Assembly: GCA_964016885.1 (NCBI GenBank)
Contig: OZ024756.1
Span: forward strand, 30,442,001-30,506,000
Length of the DNA stretch: 64,000 nucleotides
Source: Eledone cirrhosa
Lineage: Eukaryota
Reading direction: 5' to 3'
In this document: positions 53,849 to 64,000 of the stretch, piece after piece
Layout: each line of letters opens with the position of its first letter
Position numbering within the stretch: position 1 is the stretch's first letter
The notes under the pieces: generated by a model
The model's input: only the letters and a program-made list of their open reading frames with translations
What the model was told of the DNA's origin: nothing
Databases searched by the model: none
Translations under genes and position numbers: made by a program

Positions 53849-56117
53849 AACAGCAACAACAAGAACAACAAATCAAAAACAACAAAAACTTTAAATGAAA
53901 AGTTACCCTCGATCAAATTTGAACTCAGAACTTAAAGAGCCGGAACACATACCCCGTCACATTTCGCTCAACGCTTTAAAGCCTCTGCGCCTATCCACTG
54001 ACATTTCCTGAATAATTGGAACACAGAATATTCACCTGGTACAGTATGTAAAATAATTGTATTGCTCTTTGCTCTTTCAGTTATTGTAGTGTCGACTGCA
54101 GATATGATTTTGTTAAATACGCTGCAGGAAAGTTAGTAGCGAAAATCATCTGATTAGAAGTGTGCAGTAACAAGAAATCTAGTTAGCTTTATTGCTAAGG
54201 TGTTGCCTGAGGAATAAAACTTCTGACTGCTTCTGAGAAACTTCTGAGTGCTTCTGAGAAACATTTTTACACCGACGCTCAAATCACACCATGTTGTCGT
54301 AAATGAAGCATAGGACTGTGGCTAATAAATTCGATTTCAACTATGTGGTTTTACGATCAATCGCACCCCCAGTTCGTGGTAGCATAGCTAATACAATAGA
54401 TACCAAACTGTGTAGTCTTAGGTTCAATCTCATCCCATGGTCTGGTTATGTGAACACCTGCCATCTCTACTTACAGCCAAATAGCCTCGGGCCGAGTTGG
54501 TGGAAATTGTGGGGAAATCGTTTCCGAGACGACCTAACCGTTTATGCCTTTTCATGGTTGATATAATTTTAGAATTAATCCATTCAAATTCCGTTTAACA
54601 CCATCAACTCTTTCTAGTTTTCTTTCCCCAAATCCATTCTATTGTAAATAATCAGACCATGTTACCTTTCTCAGGTTATTTTTTCCGTTAATCTCATGTC
54701 TAAGAGGTCTTAAAAAACGAAATGGCCCCCGGTCTTCTACATCTGTGCCTCCAAATGAATTGTATAAAATATATATTTTAACTCTTGCTACAATATATAT
54801 CACGTTGCAAGAAACAACCAAATCTCCCTTATATCTTACACAACGTCTCAAAAGATAGGTTTGCCGTTATCATCCAAAAGACACATTGGAAAGAACAGTA
54901 ACAACAAAGATCAAATATTGTACGCTAACTAAGTTTTAAAAAGTCGCAATATTATAACAGAGAATTGAAATTTTACCTCATTTATACTGTTCTTATAGAA
55001 GTAATTTGTAACATGAACTGTGAAAGGATGTTACCTTTACTGAGGAGCAAACTAAATGGATTCTAACTCTAATCCATGGGACCAGCCTTGTCATATACTT
55101 TGAGGCGTGGTATAACACGGGAAATTAAATTAAGGTTACACTTGTCTGTAGAGTATTCAGGAACTTAGGCGTTAATACAATGAGTAGGTCCGTCTGTTAG
55201 TTGACTAGGCCAAGCTTGTCACAAATTTTGTTCTGCAGAATCTCCCTGAAAATGTAGATCACGAGCAAGATGGTTGGATAGCATCCATGAGCTTGGCTGG
55301 TCCTCGCTCGGAGATCCAACCGAAACAGTTGGAGACAGTTGCTTCTGACATAACCCGATGAAAGGAATGTTTGAGGACTCTGTCCCCACGAACCTCTCAG
55401 GAATAAGTGGGCGAATAAAGAGGAGGAGGAGGCATACGTATCCGTAGCATACGTATCCACTTAGATATTAATTTAACCAGTATCACCATTCCTTCGATCG
55501 AGCAAATGAGCATACTCATCGTCGAAATTGACGGAGGATTGATTTATATAGAAATATTATATGGTGAATGCCAACAGTTAATCCAACATATATAATAATT
55601 ATACATTGCACTAAGAAGCATACTGAGACGTCAGAACATACCAAATATGTCCAGAGAATACGCAATACATAAAGAATATAGATAATATGTTGAATGACAA
55701 GACACTGACAGAATTTTAATAATATGGGAACACTCGCTGTTTGGTTTCTGTTTACATTAATGTTTAAATTAGTAGCGATTCCTTTATTTTGTCATATTGT
55801 GAAAGGTGTGTTGTCATTTCTTTATACTATATTATTAACACCTTTAGTACGAAGTGTGATGAATGGTAACAGTTTGTTTAGTATCCACAGAAAAATAAAT
55901 GGTATAGCAGCGGATATGTCAATCAGTACAGTGGTAGATGGTCGTATAAGATGCTCTATGGTTAAGTCGTTCACTTCAAAATCATGAGATTCTGGGTTCG
56001 AAACCAATGTCTGGAATTATCATCACGTGGTATTTACCATATTATGCAGCCTACAGAGGTCGTGTGAGAAAATTCACTGCTGCCAACATCAATAACAGTA
56101 TCATGACCACAACAGCT

Positions 56118-56166
<49 letters not shown>

Positions 56167-56171
<5 letters not shown>

Positions 56172-56360
56172 AACCAGTAAGACCTCGACGGCTGAGCTCA
56201 AGCCGTTTCGACGGCTAATTCTGGACTGAATTAGCCGTCGAAACGGCTTGAGCTCAGCCGTCGGGGTCTTACTGGTTCCTATTACCCACTCTACTACCCT
56301 AAGTATTGAGTACTTTGGTGCGTTATGGTCCACCTGGTTCCTTACCACATTTCCTTCGTT
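56167..56360 (+). mobile_element. TA-bounded hairpin-plus-tail insert, same family as 2222-2422
   Basis: Hairpin 56167-56283; tail with GTATTGAGTACT ending ccttcgtt(TA)n. Confidence 0.65.
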
Positions 56361-56469
56361 ATATATATATATATATATAATGGAAAAATTTGAACAGGAA
56401 CAAAACAGAGAGGCAGTACAACGAATGCTTATTAATTTCACGCTCTGGAGAGAGGGGTGGTGGTGGGGA

Positions 56470-56501
56470 ACGACGTTTCGGGCATAAGCCCTTCCTCAGG
56501 T
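56470..56501 (-). ncRNA. Minimal hammerhead ribozyme in a C-rich PLE-like 3' UTR fragment (~56381-56880)
   Basis: Minus: AC-CUGAGGA-AGGGCUUAUGCCC-GAAA-CG-UC-GU; minimal PLE-type HHR with GUC triplet; TA tracts on both sides of the insert. Confidence 0.75.
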
Positions 56502-56980
56502 GAGAAGTGAGTGGGAACAGAGTTCAAAGGGTGTGTAGGGGAGTGGTGGAGAGACATATAGCGAAAGGAAACGGTGAGAATGAAATTAAAAATAAAAATA
56601 AAATTAAAGCATGATCAAAATAAACTGAAATTAAAAAGGAGTAAAACAGGTGGTGGAAGAGTGTGGGGTGTGTAGGGGTGGTGGCGGGTGGAATGGGGAG
56701 AGGGAGACGGGGTGTCCGAGCGGGGAGGGCTGAAGGTGGTGTGTGTGTGTAGGTGTACGTGTGTGTGTGTGTGTGCGTGTATGTGAAAGTAAGGGTTGGG
56801 GGAAGAACGGGGTTGCATGTTCAGGAAGAGGTGTGTGTGTGTGGGGGGGTTCTAGGTCGGAGTGTCTGTGCTGATATAGATGTATATATATATATATATA
56901 CATCTATATCATATATATATAGTAATAATAATAAAATTGAAGACTAAAGTCCAAAGATTCTTTGCTTAAACTTTAATCTG

Positions 56981-57024
<44 letters not shown>

Positions 57025-57113
57025 ACATGAATGGACCTGTTATTTTTCCCTAAAAACATTTTTTTTCAATTCCTCCCCACCCGTACCTTCAATCTTTCTA
57101 ATTTCTCATTCTT

Positions 57114-57149
57114 TCTTCTGATGAAGGACTAGCCTCCGAAACGTTAAGA
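57114..57149 (+). ncRNA. Minimal hammerhead ribozyme, same family as 40881-40916
   Basis: TCTT CTGATGA aggactagcctcc GAAA CG TT AAGA, within an insert (~57021-57210) between TA and CA tracts. Confidence 0.75.
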
Positions 57150-57209
57150 CTCTCTTCCTGCTATTTCAAGCATTAACCTAATGTATTCCTTCCATATACT
57201 GTACCGATT

Positions 57210-57328
<119 letters not shown>

Positions 57329-58868
57329 TACGGAATTACTTCATTTATATATATATTTATATAAATAACACCATATGTACATTTATATGGCAATCAGTGT
57401 TACCATTGTTATAATTAATGCATTATCTTCCTACTATATAATATGAAGAAGAATTTCGCTGTAAATTGCTTCATTATATTAGAAGTGTTAGATTCAACAA
57501 ATGATTTCATTGAGATGTCCGAATACTGTATAATATTTTACAGAACAAAAAAAACAAAAAAAACAAAAAACAACGCAAGGAAATAATTGATTAGATAGTA
57601 ATAGTATATACTAAAAGACATCGGCTGATGAATAGGCGGATTCTTCAGCTTGTAATTCTGAAAATTGTAAATCTGATAGCGATGTGGCAAGATGGAATGC
57701 TTTAAATTATATGACATAAATATTTCAGGTCGTAAATCTACTGATTTCATCGCACCTGGTTTTCTTTTCCATACACAGTGATATAAATTCATGTAAAGAA
57801 GGCAATATGATATAACCCAGTGAATTACTGATAAAATAAAGTACCAGTAATGTACTGGGATAATTTCTGGCCTTGTGCCAAAAGTAGAAACAATTATATA
57901 ATCACTTATTTACGTGAATACTTTCTAGCCAATATCTTGGAATTATATTTTGTTTAAATCTGAAATCGTGGACCTGGCATGGCAAAATGTTGAAGCTGTT
58001 TACTTTGAAATAATGATTTCATATATAGGCACAATGCAATTTTGAGGGAGGGGAAAGTTGATTAAATCGACTCCAGTGCGTGACTGGAACTTTATTTTAT
58101 CGATCCCGTAAGGATGAAAGGCAAAGCTAATTTCGGCTGGATTTGAACTCAGATCATGAAGGACAGTAACTCTATGCTGCAAAGCATGATGTCCGACCAT
58201 CTACCGATACTGCCAATCCACCACCTTTGTTCACTTTGAAATAATAAGGTCTCTGGTTCGAATTCGTGGCAATTTGGGTAAGTGTCATTTAGCGTAGCCT
58301 AGGATCAGCCCCAAGCCATGTGAGTGAAATCGACTAGAAGGAAACTGTTTGGAAGTTCATCGGATGAACCATACCTGTCGGTAATTCAAATGACCAGCCT
58401 AGATACACATATACACACAAACAGACACACACATACACTCACACACACACAATGCACAAGGCTGAACCTCTTTGATAACTACACTAATAGTATTATGTGG
58501 GTATATGAGTGTGTATGTACGTCTATGGCGTGTCCTTTTTTCTATATCTTTGGGAAGACAAATGGTATATTACGAACTATTATTGTATTATTATATACGA
58601 TTTTATGAAACTTCTCCCGTACTTCTATATCATCAATGAGAAAGTTTACATTTGATCCAATTCACTGGCATCCGTAAATAGCGTAACAACATTTTAACAA
58701 AAGATTCTTAAAAAAGCATTGTAATATATTATAATACAGAATTGACCTACACTCAGACACGCAGATAGATATAGAGAAAGACTTACAAATACACACACAT
58801 ATACACGCTCACACGAAGACTAAGACCCACTTAAACACATTCGTAAATACATACATACACACACGCGC

Positions 58869-58992
<124 letters not shown>

Positions 58993-59100
58993 ATAAAAAA
59001 CCTAAACATATACTAAACATTTTAAACAGTCCGGAAGAATAGTTTTACTCAATCAGAAAGTAAAGATAGACAAATTTAGACGCCTTAATCAGTCATGAGT

Positions 59101-59172
<72 letters not shown>

Positions 59173-59711
59173 GTAATAATAATATAATATAATATAATGT
59201 AATATAATATAATATAATATAATATAATATAATATAATATAATGTAATATCATATAATATAACATAATACAATAAAATACAACCCAAGCAGAGAGGAAAT
59301 TTTTCGATTTTTTAAAAACGAAGGTTCGAATTAACAATGGCTACAATAGAAGTCACAAATGAGAGTATGAGAGCAAAACAACTTACTTCCGGCTGGGTAA
59401 CTCCGAAGTGCTACAATATCCGTTTTAGGCATGAAAGATATTATTTTTGATATATTTTCGATATGTTTTATCTTCATTTTATTACATAACTTTTTTTTTG
59501 TCTGTCTAGTAACATTTTATATTTTATTCCAAGTACTAACATAGGTATGTGAGCAGGAACAGTCATATGTACAAATGTGTATGTGCGCCTTATGTAAGTA
59601 TATACGGATGTATGTAAGCTTGTGTGTGAGTGTATGTATATATACACACACATATATATATATAGACATATGTTGTCTAATTTTTCCTTGTACGCTGTTT
59701 AGTTTATATAT

Positions 59712-59829
<118 letters not shown>

Positions 59830-59909
59830 CGGAATTACTCAATCTTTAAAACTGTGCATTGTATAAGAGACGATGTTTTTGTTGTTGTTGTTGTTGTTGG
59901 CAGAACTAG

Positions 59910-59967
<58 letters not shown>

Positions 59968-60721
59968 CAGTCTAATATTTTTTTCTTGTGCAATATGTGT
60001 CGCATAAACTTTAAATTTTTCGAGAAGAAATTAAATACTTCCTTCGTACGAAAAACAAAACAAAACAAAACAAAACAAAACAAAACAAAAAAATTTAATG
60101 TTCCACCTATGACGTCATAAAAGATGATAACCCTCAAAACGAGCCTAATAATAATTGTTTCTGGTTTTGGCACAAGGCCAGCAACTATCCGAATGCATTA
60201 CTGGTACTTTATTTTATCGACCCCTAAGAAGTGAAACGTGAAGTTGGACAAATTATCTCCATTTTGAAAATGTTAGCGTTAAAGAGACTACTTGCATTCT
60301 ATAAAAATTCGAGAGGCGCATCTCAGATTCCTACATTTGGTGAGAAAACTAGTTTCGAACTAAATTGTGTTCCGTTTCCAAGAAAATCAAATTTTCGAAA
60401 CTGTTTTTTCAAAGGACACGGGAAAGCAGATCCGCATAGACAGGAAGAGGAACCGATTTTGTTTTATTCAAATACTTTCGAATGTGAAGATATCAGGTCA
60501 CCATAATTTCATAATGTTTTGTGTTTAATTTTTTCAGATGCGATGAAAATAAAACATGAAATTTCACGCACTGTTTGTTCGTATCTGAAAGAGTTGGTCG
60601 TACTTGCAAACACGCTTCTATTTGGTAATGCAAACATATGTTAAACTGTTAATATAAATATTCCATCTTCCGCATTGCGTTCATTACTATTTTCTTTCGT
60701 TTGTACCCATGTATAAATATA

Positions 60722-61356
60722 CCGTAATCCTCCTTTTATCGCGAGAGATACGTTCCAGAACCAATTGCGATAAATGAAATTCCGCGATATAGAAAGACCC
60801 TAAAAACAACCGTTGCCGTCATACTGAAAGCCTTAAAATACCCCTCCTACATGTTTTATGTACGTATAAACTCATTAAAACAATTTTGTATTTAAACACC
60901 AAAAAAAAAACAGCCAGTAACGATCATATAGAAACTACCACCAACGATCGTACCACTAGTTGCCAATGACGACCATTACCAGCCACATTAGCCGCTTGGT
61001 AACAAACTGGACATCTCCTGTTAATTTATAAAGGGTTTGTAATAGATTAGAGAAAAACACAATCAGTAAAACAGTAATGAAATGAAAAATAAAAATATTT
61101 GTTCATAGTTAAAGCCTTAAAGATACCTTTTCTTTACGCTATACACTTCAATCACATCGAAACTTATTTAATAAGTTCAACATTTAAACACTTTTATACA
61201 GAACTACGTACCGCGATAAGAAAATAGATATGTTCTGACGAAAAATCCACGATGTAGCGAGGATTACCGCGATAGGAAATTAAATACGTTCCAAAGAAAA
61301 ATCTGCCATGTAGCGGGACCGCGAAAGGTGAACCGCGATATAGCAGGAGATTACTG
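60722..61356. mobile_element. Tigger/pogo-like non-autonomous DNA transposon (MITE)
   Basis: Imperfect TIRs CCGTAATCCTCCTTTTATCGCG / CGCGATATAGCAGGAGATTACTG, TA dinucleotide on both sides, internal CCGCGATA subrepeats. Confidence 0.7.
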
Positions 61357-61948
61357 TATAACTTTATATAAATTGAAATGATTATATTACCAGCGTATTG
61401 AGTAGACGGTTTAATCTGGGGTCACCTCCCAAACAACGATCGGATATCCATCCATTATTATATGTATATGCCGCGAACAAGGCTAATATATTTAATATTA
61501 CTGCTACAAAACCAACAACTGGTACTACTGCTACTACTAACAATAATTATTTCTACTTTTGGCACGAGGCCAACAATTATCCCAGTGTATTACTGGTACT
61601 ATATTTTATCGACCTCTAAGAAGTGAAACGTGAGGTTGGACAAATAATCTCTATTTTGAACTCAGACCGTAAATGGGCGTAACTCTATGCTGCAAATAAT
61701 GATTATATATAATAATTCTGATGCAAAATAATGATAATAATGATGATGATAATTGTTTCTACTTTTGGCACAAGGCCAGCAATTACCCAGTACATTACTG
61801 GTACGTTATTTTATCGACCCCGTAAGGATGAAAAGCAATGTTAACCTCGACGGGATTTGAACTCAGACCGTAAAGGATGATGATAATGATTATAATGATG
61901 ATGATGATGATGATGATGATGATAGTGAGAAGAAGAACGGCGACAAGC

Positions 61949-61980
<32 letters not shown>

Positions 61981-62476
61981 AATGATGAAAATGAAGACGA
62001 TGATGATGATTAAGATGATGATAATAATTGTTTCTACCCTTGGCACAAGGCCAGCATTTATCCCAGTGCATTACTGGTACTTTAATTTTTTGACCAACTA
62101 GGGATGATAGGCACAGTTAAACTCGGCTGGATTTGAATTGTAACCGTAAAGGGCCGCAACTCTATGCCGCAAAGCATGTTGTTCGACGCTCTACCGGCAG
62201 TGCCAATGCACCTCCCTTAAGATGATGACAAGATGATGATAATAATTGTTTCTACTATTGGCACAAGGCCAGCAATTACCCAGTGCATTACTGGTAATAA
62301 TGTTGATGATGATGATGATAATCATCAGGATAATGATGATGATGATGATCATCATCATCATCATCATAATGATGATGATAAAGATGATGATGATGATGAT
62401 AAAGATGAAGATGATGATGATGTTGATGAATATGATGATGATGATGACGATGATGATGATGATGATGATGATGATG

Positions 62477-62513
<37 letters not shown>

Positions 62514-62659
62514 GGATACTGTTTTGATTGTAGGTTAAAACATTCCAACTGAATTGTACCAAATGACTGTTAAAATTGTTTGCATGGATGCTTGTTAAAC
62601 ATGGTGTTATGAAGTACAGCGACGTAACACGAACTATGACGTCTAAACGTAGCTAGTGA

Positions 62660-62692
<33 letters not shown>

Positions 62693-62704
62693 GTATATAC
62701 ACAC

Positions 62705-62804
<100 letters not shown>

Positions 62805-62862
62805 GTATATGTATGTATTTAGATATATATATATTTATATATATGTATATGTATGTATTTGT

Positions 62863-62894
<32 letters not shown>

Positions 62895-62905
62895 GTATGT
62901 ATTTG

Positions 62906-62975
<70 letters not shown>

Positions 62976-63077
62976 CAAATACATACATATACATATATAT
63001 AAATATATATATATCTAAATACATACATATACATATATAAATACATATATATATATGTGTATATATATATATATATT

Positions 63078-63164
<87 letters not shown>

Positions 63165-63197
63165 GTATTTATATATATATGTATAGGTATCTATTTG

Positions 63198-63228
<31 letters not shown>

Positions 63229-63237
63229 GTATATATG

Positions 63238-63272
<35 letters not shown>

Positions 63273-63369
63273 TTATACACACACATACTCACATACACAC
63301 ACACACATATATATATATATATGTATATATATATAATATATATAATATACATATATACATCTTATATAT

Positions 63370-63457
<88 letters not shown>

Positions 63458-63662
63458 GTGTGTAAGCGCGCGCGTGTGTTTGCTTGTGTTTGTTAAGACA
63501 CTAATGTGACCCAGACTGACACTCTCTAAGACAGATAGATTGACTTTCACGTGCTTCCTACACCCGGAAAAAAGCTTTTATGGATTTCTAAACAATCAGG
63601 GTAAAAGCAAAACATACGTTACACATAGACATAAACATTCTTTCTTGTACACACACACACAG

Positions 63663-63727
<65 letters not shown>

Positions 63728-63829
63728 AATGCATATTACGAAGAGGGAGAAAGAGGGAGAAAGAGAGAGAGAGAGATGCGTGAAGAGAAAAGTAAACAAC
63801 TAAATAGTGGGGGATGAGAGAATAAAGAA

Positions 63830-63883
<54 letters not shown>

Positions 63884-64000
63884 GGAGAGAGGGTGACATT
63901 TATATATATATATATATATATATATAAATATGATATATATATATAGATGCATAAATATACATATATATATATGATATATATATATATATATATATATATA

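Overview
AT-rich, microsatellite-saturated eukaryotic DNA. The repeat content suggests an invertebrate, probably a cephalopod or other mollusc (inference). No host gene is confidently identifiable, and nearly all listed ORFs are translations of simple repeats. The centrepiece is a very young Penelope-like retroelement of Naiad type (RT + C-terminal GIY-YIG) on the minus strand. It is a ~1.9-mer tandem with a 6644-bp period (23200-35892), capped by an inverted pLTR piece (35890-36076) and inserted in a (TA)n tract. Each unit carries a type I hammerhead ribozyme (HHR) and a ~3.9-kb microsatellite-laden 3' UTR. Reading both strands reveals about a dozen more HHR motifs from several unrelated short families, nearly all in (TA)n-bounded inserts. 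Many share one architecture: 3' end, then an inverted arm with a tail carrying a TTGAGTRCT-like motif. One HHR has a compensatory U3-A8 core. The window also holds R4/Dong, RTE and Tx1-like LINE remnants (each in a different microsatellite type), dozens of tRNA-derived SINEs, a Tigger-like MITE, an interstitial (TTAGGG)n array and several inverted duplications of flanking DNA. All structures were folded and aligned by eye.
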